DNA of 26,668 nucleotides from Pseudomonadota bacterium (GTDB taxonomy: Bacteria; UBA10199; 2-02-FULL-44-16; JAAZCA01): assembly GCA_043822785.1 (NCBI GenBank), contig JBDRBN010000071.1, positions 1 to 26,668 of the forward strand. Direction: 5' to 3'. Every line of letters begins with the position of its first letter. Within the stretch, counting starts at the first letter, position 1. Made by a program: the position numbers and the translations under genes. This document shows, one piece after another, positions 1 to 8,974 of this stretch. The notes under the pieces are model-generated. The model saw only the letters and a list, made by a program, of their open reading frames with translations. It did no database searches and had not been told where the DNA came from.

Positions 1-1
1 A

Positions 2-778
2 AAGTATTTTTTGTATTTCCCATTCATATTCCATTGCACTCAGTAGGCTTTTTGCAGTCGCAGTGGCAATCCTTTCCAATTGGGATTCACCAAACAAAAG
101 ATAATAAAAATCTAAACGCAGCGTTTTTACGATTATTTCATTTAACGCCTCACCAGACAAATAAAGCGATGTTTTTCTACGAGCGCTAAGGTATTGGTGC
201 CTAAGCTCTGTAATTTCATCTATAGCGTTTTTTATATGATCGTCTGCATCTGCCAAATGAGTAGCGCCAAATTTCATAAAGTCCTCAACGCTATACTCGG
301 AATAATTTGATCCAATAGCCATTTCTGAATAATCATTGTAATCATCATCTATGATCGGGGCATTTCCGTTTAAAGGAATCAACATAAGACAATGCCAGTA
401 ACGCGATATCATGGTTTCGAATCTATTATCATCTATCAATCTTCTGTCTCTATGAACATGTTTTCCATATGCTTGCAAAAAACCACGTGCCACTAACTCA
501 CGTGTAGGTTGAGTAAGCTCGGAAAATAGCTCTGAATGAGCATTCAAAGCGTCGGCTACGAGCACATGTTCTTGCGGCTTTGATAAAGCACCGCCGCCCT
601 TTGCCCAAAAACTTGGGCCGCGCGCAAATACAGGGCCGCGTGCACCAGCAAAAGGACTGTATCTGGTTGTATCTGAACAACGCTCATAAACTCCCGACAT
701 TGCAGCAGTCATCCTCGTCAAGGGACCAACACCCGTGCCTGGTATCAACGTTCCAGCTGGCCTGCCTATGAAAACCAT
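2..778 (-). CDS. Hypothetical protein, 3'-partial (at least 259 aa, runs off the left edge)
   Basis: Hand translation: ATG at 778 preceded by SD AAGGAG (rc of 785-790). The frame is open to the window edge (MVFIGRPAGTLIPGTGVGPLTRMTAAMSG...AMEYEWEIQKIL). It is absent from the ORF track because it has no stop. No recognisable family. Confidence 0.8.
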   Translation of the reverse strand, partial: MVFIGRPAGTLIPGTGVGPLTRMTAAMSGVYERCSDTTRYSPFAGARGPVFARGPSFWAKGGGALSKPQEHVLVADALNAHSELFSELTQPTRELVARGFLQAYGKHVHRDRRLIDDNRFETMISRYWHCLMLIPLNGNAPIIDDDYNDYSEMAIGSNYSEYSVEDFMKFGATHLADADDHIKNAIDEITELRHQYLSARRKTSLYLSGEALNEIIVKTLRLDFYYLLFGESQLERIATATAKSLLSAMEYEWEIQKIL

Positions 779-814
779 GCTTATCTCCTTCTGCGCATAA
801 AAAAAAGGGCGTCT

Positions 815-841
815 GTATCGTGTAATTTGGCCCTAAAGTCA
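815..841 (-). promoter_or_regulatory. Putative sigma-28-like promoter (TGACTT-N15-CGATAC), degenerate
   Basis: Same geometry as the motifs at 2016-2041 and 18831-18857. Lies upstream of the ATG at 778. Confidence 0.3.
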
Positions 842-846
842 AGTTG

Positions 847-2001
847 TTAAAGGCCCATGCACAAAGCCTTCATAAACTCGATGAGATCATCGCACAAATC
901 TCCACCCAAGGCCTGGGCTGCACCTGCCAGCATCATGGCATCAGCAAAGATATTTTGCGCCCTGCCCGACTTTTGCCAGACAGAAGTTGCATCGCGTATC
1001 GTGCTTGCTATTTCCCTCCAGCGTTTTTCTGTTATAAAATCGCTCGGCCTGTGCATCTGTCTATATATCAGATACATGAGGTCATTGGCTGCATCCTCGT
1101 TCATAGCATTGCTTAGGTGCCATATGGCAGCACGAGCCAAGAATTGATCAACAATCTTATTCTCAAAAGCCGCTTCATAGAACAGGCCATTTGTGATGCC
1201 CAAATAAATCTCGATCTCATCAAGGTCAGAAGTATGCAGAGGTCTGACACTGGATAAGGATCTATGCCAGAGATCAGCAGCAGCTTTTCTCTGTTGTGCA
1301 GCTTTGTTGAGAAGCAAAAGGTGTGTTTTAGGATTCTGATGCACAACTGATTCGTAAACCCTTGCCGCCATATCCGATACCATAGCTGCAGCCGAATAGC
1401 ATCGAGCATCTATATATATAGATGCAGCGCGTCCTAAAAAGTCGGCGGCATTCATTGCACACTCAGGAGTTCCTGCGCATGTAAGAAGTGTAGCTGACAT
1501 TAAAAAATGCTCCGCAATATAGATGTCCTCAAATAGCGGCGGAAAGAGTTCTGTATTCTCGCTTGCAGGATCCAAGAACTTATCACGGTAGCTCTGAACA
1601 CTTCTTATAAGCTCGACCTCATCATATGATAGGGCCCGAGCTTTGCTGTCTGCCTTGTCAACGACCCCCTGAACAAGCCCAACTTCACCACAAAGGTCAA
1701 AAACACTATGCTGTATTTCCTCTTTAAAGGCCTCAAACCCATCCAGCATCGTATCCGAAGAATGGAAAAGCCGATGCTCTTGCTTTAATCTTCGTATAAG
1801 ATCTTCACGAGGGGTCAAACCTGGCATCCTGATCAAGCTGGGCACAGGCTGCTTTAACGGCGTAAGGTCATTGCCAATATAAAAAACCTGACTATTGCAA
1901 AACTCCCCTGTCAAAGGGCTTGCGTTTGCAATTCCATCAAGAAAGGCAGTGTAATTAGCAGCAAATGCTGCCTGCGGAGTTATAGATGCTGTAAATGTCA
2001 T
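847..2001 (-). CDS. Hypothetical all-helical protein (about 384 aa) with a TPR/SNAP-like Ala-rich region
   Basis: Long ORF. I prefer the ATG at 2001 (MTFTASITP) over the TTG at 2088 because a promoter-like motif lies between them. Helical-repeat-like segment AMNAADFLGRAASIYIDARCYSAAAMVSDMAARVYE. Confidence 0.75.
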   Translation of the reverse strand: MTFTASITPQAAFAANYTAFLDGIANASPLTGEFCNSQVFYIGNDLTPLKQPVPSLIRMPGLTPREDLIRRLKQEHRLFHSSDTMLDGFEAFKEEIQHSVFDLCGEVGLVQGVVDKADSKARALSYDEVELIRSVQSYRDKFLDPASENTELFPPLFEDIYIAEHFLMSATLLTCAGTPECAMNAADFLGRAASIYIDARCYSAAAMVSDMAARVYESVVHQNPKTHLLLLNKAAQQRKAAADLWHRSLSSVRPLHTSDLDEIEIYLGITNGLFYEAAFENKIVDQFLARAAIWHLSNAMNEDAANDLMYLIYRQMHRPSDFITEKRWREIASTIRDATSVWQKSGRAQNIFADAMMLAGAAQALGGDLCDDLIEFMKALCMGL

Positions 2002-2015
2002 GGTGTTGTATGCCC

Positions 2016-2041
2016 TTATCGCGATAAGGCCAAAAAAGTTG
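2016..2041 (-). promoter_or_regulatory. Putative sigma-28-like promoter (CAACTT-N14-CGATAA)
   Basis: The minus strand reads GCAACTTTTTTGGCCTTATCGCGATAAG, 14 nt upstream of the ATG at 2001. The -10 box resembles the FliA consensus GCCGATAA. Confidence 0.45.
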
Positions 2042-2133
2042 CGCGATAAATAGCGCAGATGACGATCAGATATGAGTCTTAGCGTCAAGGCATTTTAAGA
2101 CAGATAGCCTAACCTCTTGATACTATTAGTTGT

Positions 2134-2889
2134 TTAGAAGGTGGTGGGAACATGTATGAAGACAGTTGAAACAGCAAAATTATTGCGAAGCAAAGGCATG
2201 AGCGCTTTTACTCCAACTGTTTCAGTTTCATAATGTCCGGCGATGATCATGTTCATCTTAAGTTCTTTTGCCTCGTGATATGTATGATGCGGAGCCTCGC
2301 CTGTGATAAAGCAGTCGAGTCCTTCATTATATGCTTCTGCAAGTGCATCGGCACCACCACCGCTTACAATGCCCACAGACTTTACTTTGGGTCTACCAAA
2401 TCCAAGCACCACACATTTTGCCTTCAACTTTTTATTCAATATTGATGCTATCCATCGCGCAGATCGTGCAGGCTTAAGAACGCCCTGATATCCAAGACAT
2501 TGCCGCTTGTATCGCCCAAAATTTTGGGCGTGGGAAAGTCCTAGGAGTTCGGCAAGTTTTATGTTGTTGCCGTATTGGTGATGTGCATCCAAAGGTAGAT
2601 GGCAGACATATAGATTTATTCTGTGCTTTTTCAAAAAATCGATCCTGCGCTTCATTATGCCGGCATTATCCCTAAGCCTCTTCCACTTGATGCCATGATG
2701 CACGATGAGAAGATCAACGCCCTGGCGTCTGGCTTTTTCAAATGTTGCAAGGGATGCATCCACTGCAAAGCCCACCTTCTTTATATCCTTGGGGCAGCGC
2801 ACCTGCAGACCGTTGCGTGAACTGTCGGGAACGGTTTTGACTTTCAGTTCTTTATTGAGAAACCTCACTATCGCGTCAAGCGATGTCAT
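2134..2889 (-). CDS. Nif3/YbgI-family dinuclear metal centre hexameric protein
   Basis: Motifs NGLQV, AVDAS, LLIVHHG, HLPLDAH, GNN, SGGG, FITGE, AGHYETE. Typical length (251 aa). Confidence 0.95.
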   Translation of the reverse strand: MTSLDAIVRFLNKELKVKTVPDSSRNGLQVRCPKDIKKVGFAVDASLATFEKARRQGVDLLIVHHGIKWKRLRDNAGIMKRRIDFLKKHRINLYVCHLPLDAHHQYGNNIKLAELLGLSHAQNFGRYKRQCLGYQGVLKPARSARWIASILNKKLKAKCVVLGFGRPKVKSVGIVSGGGADALAEAYNEGLDCFITGEAPHHTYHEAKELKMNMIIAGHYETETVGVKALMPLLRNNFAVSTVFIHVPTTF

Positions 2890-4070
2890 AACATCTCCTT
2901 AAATGGCCGTAGCACTCGAACCAGCACGCCGTGCACATAGGATATGGTCACTCCGTAGTTGGTGATGGGCACGCCGCGGCCGAGCGCCTCGTCCATGCGC
3001 GTGCGCATGGCCTTGGGCGTTATCATGCATCCGCCGCAATGAATGACTAATCGATATTTCTCTATATCATCAGGGTAATGCCGGCCTTGGGCATGTTCGT
3101 ATATGATATCCTTGCCATTGTACGCTCGAATCCATTTCGGAATCTTGATGCGCGCGATGTCATCGCCCAACACGTGATGAGAGCACGCCTCTGCTATCAA
3201 CACCTTATCGCCATCGCGCAAGTCATCTATTCTCTTTGCCCCGAGCACGAATTCGTCTAGATCGCCCTTCATGCGCGCTGAAAGAATGGAAAATGTAGTA
3301 AAGGGAATATTTTTTGGCAGCTCGCGATCCACCTTAAACACCACCTGGCTGTCGCACACAACCAATGACGGTTGCCTCTTTAGCATATTCAGAACGGAGG
3401 TGAGTTCTGTCTCCTTGACCACCAAGGCTGCACCACTTTTGTCGAGTATATCCCTGATGGCCATGACCTGGGGCAGGATAATCCTTCCTTGGGGAGCTTC
3501 CAAATCGATCGGCACGACGAGGATCACAAGATCGTCTTTCTTTACAAGATCGCCGATTATCCCAGTGCGTCTTGAAGCAATTTTTTCCAGACGCCTGGCA
3601 AGTTCTTCTCTTAGTTTTATGACATTGTGTCCCGTCTTTGCGCTCACATAATGGGCATCTTTTAGAGGCGCTTTCCATGTAGTCTTTAAGTCATGCTTGT
3701 TTATGACCACCATGTGCGGAATCTGTTTTTGCTTAAGCTCGCGCAAAGAATCATCCTCTAACTTAGTCCAGTTTTCAGGTTCAGCTATAAAAAGCACAAA
3801 ATCAGCACACGCCAGTTCTTTGCGCGTTTTATAAACGCGCTTCTCTCCCAACACGCCCTTATCGTCGATCCCGCCTGCGTCGATGAATACAACAGGGCCA
3901 TAGGGTAGAAGCTCAAAACCCTTTCTAACAGGATCGGTAGTAGTGCCAGCAATTTCAGACACCACCGCCAAGGGCTGATCTGTGAGCGCGTTGAGCAACG
4001 AGGATTTACCGGTGTTTCTGCGGCCTAAAAGCAATATGTGCGGCCTTAAACCGCTGGGTGTCTTTTGCAT
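2886..4070 (-). CDS. hydF: [FeFe]-hydrogenase H-cluster maturation GTPase HydF
   Basis: P-loop GRRNTGKSS, GTTTDPV, DAGG, NKHD, PQGRIILPQV, and the Fe-S motif EACSHH...HCGGC. The real start is the ATG at 4070 (MQKTPSGLRPHI). The longer ORF-track start overlaps hydG. Confidence 0.95.
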   Translation of the reverse strand: MQKTPSGLRPHILLLGRRNTGKSSLLNALTDQPLAVVSEIAGTTTDPVRKGFELLPYGPVVFIDAGGIDDKGVLGEKRVYKTRKELACADFVLFIAEPENWTKLEDDSLRELKQKQIPHMVVINKHDLKTTWKAPLKDAHYVSAKTGHNVIKLREELARRLEKIASRRTGIIGDLVKKDDLVILVVPIDLEAPQGRIILPQVMAIRDILDKSGAALVVKETELTSVLNMLKRQPSLVVCDSQVVFKVDRELPKNIPFTTFSILSARMKGDLDEFVLGAKRIDDLRDGDKVLIAEACSHHVLGDDIARIKIPKWIRAYNGKDIIYEHAQGRHYPDDIEKYRLVIHCGGCMITPKAMRTRMDEALGRGVPITNYGVTISYVHGVLVRVLRPFKEML

Positions 4071-4130
4071 GGGGCTCACTAGAGCAAAATACTGTTTACT
4101 AGCCAACTGTTTTTTGCGAAGGCATAAAAA

Positions 4131-5531
4131 ATGCCAGACACATTTATCGACGATAAAGAAATCTTTTCCCTTCTTCATAAAGAAAGGCACGCAAGCGTAA
4201 GTCGCATTGAAGAGGTGATCTCGCGCGCGCGCACGATGAAGGGGCTTGAACCCATCGATGTCGCAGCCCTTCTCAGCGTGGAGGATGAAGACGTCTGGCA
4301 AGAGATCTTTTGCCTCGCCAAGGAGATAAAAAATAACATCTATGGAAATCGCATAGTCCTGTTTGCCCCTCTTTATACTTCCAACCGTTGCGCCAATGAT
4401 TGCGCATATTGCGGCTTCAGGCGCAGCAATGAAAAAATCACAAGGCATACTCTTTCAACCGATGATATCGCACAAGAAGTGCTTGCGCTTGAAAATGCGG
4501 GCCACAAAAGGCTGCTCATGGTGTACGGAGAACATCCTGCATATGGTATAAACTATATAGCAAAAACAATTGAGACTGCATATAGGACAAAGGCATCTGA
4601 TGGCCGTGGAGAGATTCGCCGCATCAATATAAACGCGGCGCCAATGGAAAAAGGCGAATACGAGATTCTAAAAAAGATAGGCATTGGAACGTATCAGGTG
4701 TTTCAAGAAACTTATCATAAAGACAGATATGCTGACATTCATCCTGATCATACTATTAAGGGAGATTATCATAAGCGACTTTATACCCTGCACCAAGCGC
4801 AGGAAGCAAAGCTAGATGATGTGGGGATTGGCGTTTTATTTGGTCTATATGACTGGCGATTCGAGGTAATGGGAATCCTCGCCCATTCCATGGAATTGGA
4901 AAAACAGTTTGGCGTGGGACCTCATACCATATCCTTTCCCAGGCTCGAACCGGCAATAAATACTCCCTTTTATGATGAAACACCCTATCATGTGTCCGAT
5001 GAAGATCTAAAAAAGATCGTAGCCATCATAAGGCTCATGGTCCCTTATACAGGCATGATTCTTACCGCTCGCGAAAAACCGGTGCTAAGGCGCGAGCTCA
5101 TGCACTTGGGCGTCTCCCAAATCGATGGCGGATCCAGGATCGACGTCGGCGGATATCATCGTAATGGTATAGATGGCGATCTACATAAGCAGCAGTTTAC
5201 CATTTACGACAACCGATCTTTGGATGATATCGTTCGCGAGTTGGCTCACGACGGTTTTATTCCCTCTTTTTGCACTGCTTGCTACAGATCAAACAGAACC
5301 GGCGAGCGCTTCATGCAAATGGCAAAGAGCGTCGGAACAAAGGGCCTATGCCATCCCAACGCGATTCTTACCTTCTATGAATACATTTTGGATTATGCTT
5401 CAGATGAGACGCATAAGATTGGAAAAAAGCTCATACAAGACAATCTATCAAAGCAATCACCCGATGAAAGATGCATCATCGAAAAAAGCATGGCGGATCT
5501 CGACGAAGGAAAAAGGGATGAATTTTTTTAA
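4131..5531 (+). CDS. hydG: [FeFe]-hydrogenase H-cluster radical SAM maturase HydG
   Basis: YGNRIVLFAPLY, CxxxCxxC (CANDCAYC), FQETYH, GVGPHTISFPR, and a C-terminal CX2CX22C (CTAC...LCHPNA) that distinguishes HydG from ThiH. Confidence 0.96.
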   Translation: MPDTFIDDKEIFSLLHKERHASVSRIEEVISRARTMKGLEPIDVAALLSVEDEDVWQEIFCLAKEIKNNIYGNRIVLFAPLYTSNRCANDCAYCGFRRSNEKITRHTLSTDDIAQEVLALENAGHKRLLMVYGEHPAYGINYIAKTIETAYRTKASDGRGEIRRININAAPMEKGEYEILKKIGIGTYQVFQETYHKDRYADIHPDHTIKGDYHKRLYTLHQAQEAKLDDVGIGVLFGLYDWRFEVMGILAHSMELEKQFGVGPHTISFPRLEPAINTPFYDETPYHVSDEDLKKIVAIIRLMVPYTGMILTAREKPVLRRELMHLGVSQIDGGSRIDVGGYHRNGIDGDLHKQQFTIYDNRSLDDIVRELAHDGFIPSFCTACYRSNRTGERFMQMAKSVGTKGLCHPNAILTFYEYILDYASDETHKIGKKLIQDNLSKQSPDERCIIEKSMADLDEGKRDEFF

Positions 5532-7261
5532 GTACACGGCAGATATACATGAAAAGTGCTGCCCTTGCCCAGCTCGCTTTCTACAGTGATAGTGCCTGCA
5601 TAGCTCTCTACAATTCCATAAGCAACGAATAGCCCAAGTCCCGAGCCCTCATCCTCTTTTCTTGTCGTAAAGAACGGCTCGAACATCCTCTTCATCGTGC
5701 TCTGGTCCATGCCTATGCCTATATCAGTTACCGAGAGCTTTATGTGTGTTCCAGCATGCATGCGAGGATATGCTTGAACAAACTCTTCATCCAAATCAAC
5801 AGCGCTGACTTCTACATTGATGATGCCTCCTTTCTCTTGCATGGCATGGCAGGCATTAGTACAGAGATTCATCACCACCTGCTGTATTTGGATCGGGTCA
5901 GCCGAAACAGTGCCGCAATCCCGCTCTATATGAAACCGAATTTCTATAGTGGGAGGCAGCGTCGATCGTATGAAATCGAGCGCTTCTTTTACCACTTGCT
6001 TAATCTTCAATGGCTTATAATCCGTTGCCTTCTTTCTGCTGCTAAAAGCCAGGAGCCGTTTCACAAGATCCCTTGCATTGTTTACTGCATTCATCACACG
6101 CTCTTGATGCTCATAAGCCTTGCTGTTCTTTGGCAGTTCATCCATCACCAACTCCCCATGCAAAAACATGGGCGTAAGGATGTTATTCAGATCGTGCGCT
6201 ATGCCCCCGGCCAAAGTTCCTACTGTCTCCATCTTCTGTGCTTGGCCAAGCCTTGCTTCAAGCTCTTTTCTTTGCTCCTGCTCGCGCTTTTTCTCTGTTA
6301 TATCGGTTGTAATCAAGTTTACCGAGTGAACTCGAAAGTCCGATTTTATGGGCTCGATCCTACAGCTATACCACGAGATCGTGCCATCAGGGCCAAGCCC
6401 CTCACTCTCATATGCTGTAGAATGGCCTGTGCGAAACGTCTCTTCAAACTTGTTCTTTACCAACTTATGATACTTGGGTGGCATAAAATCATAGATACTT
6501 CTTCCAATCGTTTTTTCAGGAGTGAGTCCGGAGACCGTATGGTTTACAAATTGAATCTTGCTGTCGTGGTCTACGTTCAAGATAATATCAGGGCTATGCT
6601 CGGTCAGAGAGCGCCATTTGCTCTCACTTTCCTTAAGCGCATTCTCTGCCTGCTTGCGATCGGTGATATCGCGGTCGATGCCACGATAGCCCACGAGCTT
6701 TCCGCTTTTATCAATGATCGGAACGCCGCTGGTCTCGAGCACTATAGGGCGCCCATCCTTACGCAGGTTTATATTTTCCAACTTCTCAAAAGGCGCCTCA
6801 GTGGCCACAAGGTCTTTAAACATTTCTCGTATTCGCTTAGCCTCATCTGCAGGCATAAGATCAAACGGGGTCTTGCCGATAACCTCCTTTGGCTCGTATC
6901 CAAGAAGATCTTTCACCCTGGGGCTGGCGTAGGTATAGACGCCATTTTGATCCACTTCCCATATCCAATCGCTCATGGTCTCGACCAGAGAACGAAATCT
7001 CTCATCGCTTAGTTGTATAGCCGCTTCAGCCCGACTGCGAAATGTCCTGGATATTATGATAGCTGCAAAGAGAAAAATGCTTAAAACGAGCAGCGACCGC
7101 AGATAAAAGTCGTGCGGAGAAATACTGCCTGCAAGAACCTGAAAAAAAGATTTCTTATGAAAGAAAAAATAATCGACCAGGGTGTCTGCAAGCCACATCA
7201 ATATCGCCAAAACCACAGCTATTATGATTATTTTGCGTTCGGTCTTTATCATTTTGAACAT
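5528..7261 (-). CDS. Membrane-bound PAS-PAS sensor histidine kinase (no receiver domain)
   Basis: Two N-terminal TM segments, two PAS/PAC domains, H-box QAQKMETVGTLAGGIAHDLNNIL, N-box NLCTNA, G1 DIGIGM, F-box FEPFFTT, G2 GSGLGL. Confidence 0.93.
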   Translation of the reverse strand: MFKMIKTERKIIIIAVVLAILMWLADTLVDYFFFHKKSFFQVLAGSISPHDFYLRSLLVLSIFLFAAIIISRTFRSRAEAAIQLSDERFRSLVETMSDWIWEVDQNGVYTYASPRVKDLLGYEPKEVIGKTPFDLMPADEAKRIREMFKDLVATEAPFEKLENINLRKDGRPIVLETSGVPIIDKSGKLVGYRGIDRDITDRKQAENALKESESKWRSLTEHSPDIILNVDHDSKIQFVNHTVSGLTPEKTIGRSIYDFMPPKYHKLVKNKFEETFRTGHSTAYESEGLGPDGTISWYSCRIEPIKSDFRVHSVNLITTDITEKKREQEQRKELEARLGQAQKMETVGTLAGGIAHDLNNILTPMFLHGELVMDELPKNSKAYEHQERVMNAVNNARDLVKRLLAFSSRKKATDYKPLKIKQVVKEALDFIRSTLPPTIEIRFHIERDCGTVSADPIQIQQVVMNLCTNACHAMQEKGGIINVEVSAVDLDEEFVQAYPRMHAGTHIKLSVTDIGIGMDQSTMKRMFEPFFTTRKEDEGSGLGLFVAYGIVESYAGTITVESELGKGSTFHVYLPCT

Positions 7262-7515
7262 AGGGTTTAAAATATACTAGAATGAAAAAAATGAAAATCG
7301 ATATCCTATATTCCGTCTCATAAATCTATCCTCAATAATTCATCATACACATACATCAATATGCATCTAATATGTCGTGGAAAGACGTGTATGAATAAGC
7401 ATAAGTGGTTGATTTATAGCAGGTAATTAGGCTATTTAAACCCAAACCGGCTGCGCTGACTATACTCTGGCTCATTCGGTAGTATGTATGATACTTATAG
7501 TTTCTTAATAGAATT

Positions 7516-8244
7516 ATGAATGTTCTAAGAGATATTCTAAACACCGTCACCGTGGACGCCACTGTCACCGACGTGCGCATTTGCCTGCGCGCTACTATGG
7601 TTGTGAGCCAACATCTGGGCCTTTCATATACATTTCCACTCGGCATGTGTGAAGGGAGGGCTGATCCTCATAAGACGGTTAACAATTGCGGCTCTTTAAC
7701 GGGGATGAGCGCTATGCAACTTGCGCGCTATGCCCTCTCGGATGATTGGACAGAAGCATCTGTGGGCGTGGCTGCCATTAATTCTTTAATCACCCCTGAT
7801 CCAAAACAAATCACCAGCATCAATGGAGTAGACATACTGCTTGAGCGCGCGGCTGGCGCAAAAGTGGCCATGGTGGGCCATTTCCCATTTTCAGATAAAA
7901 TTAAAGAGGTTGCTAAAGAGCTCTGCATACTGGAACTTAGGCCTGATAAAGGTGATCTTGATGCATCCGAGGCATCAAGGGTGATTCCAAAAGTCGACGT
8001 GGTCATAGTCACTGGAACAACGCTCATCAACCATACCTTCGAAAATATTGCAGAAATGGCTAAAAAATCCTATATGATGTTGCTTGGTCCTACAACGATC
8101 CTCTCGCCTGTTCTTTTTGACTACGGCGCAGACGCCATCTGTGGTGTAAGAGTAGTTGATCCTGCTCTTACGATTCGCCACCTGAGCGAAGGAGGCAGTT
8201 TCAGACGCATCCAGGGCACAGAGCAGATAGCACTTTTAAAATGA
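7516..8244 (+). CDS. DUF364/DUF4213 Rossmann-like protein (putative metal or cofactor binding)
   Basis: EASVGVAAINS, KVAMVGHFP, ILEL, DVVIVTGTTLINHT, LLGPTT, LFDYG and length are characteristic of the family. Confidence 0.88.
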   Translation: MNVLRDILNTVTVDATVTDVRICLRATMVVSQHLGLSYTFPLGMCEGRADPHKTVNNCGSLTGMSAMQLARYALSDDWTEASVGVAAINSLITPDPKQITSINGVDILLERAAGAKVAMVGHFPFSDKIKEVAKELCILELRPDKGDLDASEASRVIPKVDVVIVTGTTLINHTFENIAEMAKKSYMMLLGPTTILSPVLFDYGADAICGVRVVDPALTIRHLSEGGSFRRIQGTEQIALLK

Positions 8245-8254
8245 GGTGGGTTTT

Positions 8255-8863
8255 ATGAATTGGTTTCAACAACATTTTAGGATTATAGCATGCCTGGCAT
8301 TCGGTTATATCGTTGGATGGGGGCTTAGCTATCTCATTCCACAACCTGCTATCTCCACCCTCTGCCATCAGATATTGCATCTTCCAGGTCCGGGAGTTGG
8401 CATCGCGCTGATATATGGCCCGCTCATTATTTCTGCTCTTTTGCTGGGAAGGAATATCCTGCAAAGCAATTTAGGAACTGTGCTCACTGCAGGCGGCCTG
8501 GCCATTTTCAGCGTGGTTTCAAATGGGAAAATGCCGCCCGCTGTTGGTGCTCAAGTTATCTTAACCGTCCTTGCTACACTCACGCTAGGAGCATTTCTGG
8601 AGCTTCTCATCCTTTTATTTTGGCGATTCAAAGCTGCTGAGAGGTTTGCTGCTATGTTTGCAAATCTCTTTTACATCTGCTGCTATTGGGTCTTTATATT
8701 CCCACATACAAAAGGAATTCCAAATATTTTGGGCGTTATTGAAATAGGAGCCATTGCTATTTTGTGCGGTATTTTAATTACTCCCCTGATAACCCAGGCA
8801 ACAAGGCGTTTTCTTAAAATAAAAGCTATACCTGAACGAAGGCACATTAATCAGGAAAGGTAA
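8255..8863 (+). CDS. Polytopic membrane protein (about 6 TM), possibly ECF S-component-like
   Basis: SD GAGGTG overlaps the upstream stop, ATG at 8255. Several hydrophobic stretches and a basic C-terminal tail. Function is inferred only from size and topology. Confidence 0.7.
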   Translation: MNWFQQHFRIIACLAFGYIVGWGLSYLIPQPAISTLCHQILHLPGPGVGIALIYGPLIISALLLGRNILQSNLGTVLTAGGLAIFSVVSNGKMPPAVGAQVILTVLATLTLGAFLELLILLFWRFKAAERFAAMFANLFYICCYWVFIFPHTKGIPNILGVIEIGAIAILCGILITPLITQATRRFLKIKAIPERRHINQER

Positions 8864-8974
8864 TTATATATGTGTGCACCTGCTGATTATAATGCGTTAT
8901 CAGCAAGCCTAATACGCATACTCATTTTCTTGGGATGTCTATCCAGCGCACCTGCGGTTAAAGCCCTCTTGCAT

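Noticed and set aside
4071..4448. 126-aa N-terminal extension of HydF in the ORF track
   Set aside because: It overlaps hydG on the opposite strand. HydF homology begins at MQKTP (4070).
5744..7012. 422-aa plus-strand ORF
   Set aside because: It lies entirely antisense to the well-supported histidine kinase and has no recognisable motifs, so it is a shadow ORF.
7343..7394. Inverted repeat TCATACAC / GTGTATGA in the divergent promoter region
   Set aside because: Only 8 bp with a 36-nt spacer in AT-rich DNA. I cannot assign a regulator.
8864..8974. Hairpin TGCTGAT...ATCAGCA and a repeated GCACCTGC between convergent genes
   Set aside because: The stem is weak, with no U-tract or riboswitch consensus, and it lies 3' of both genes.
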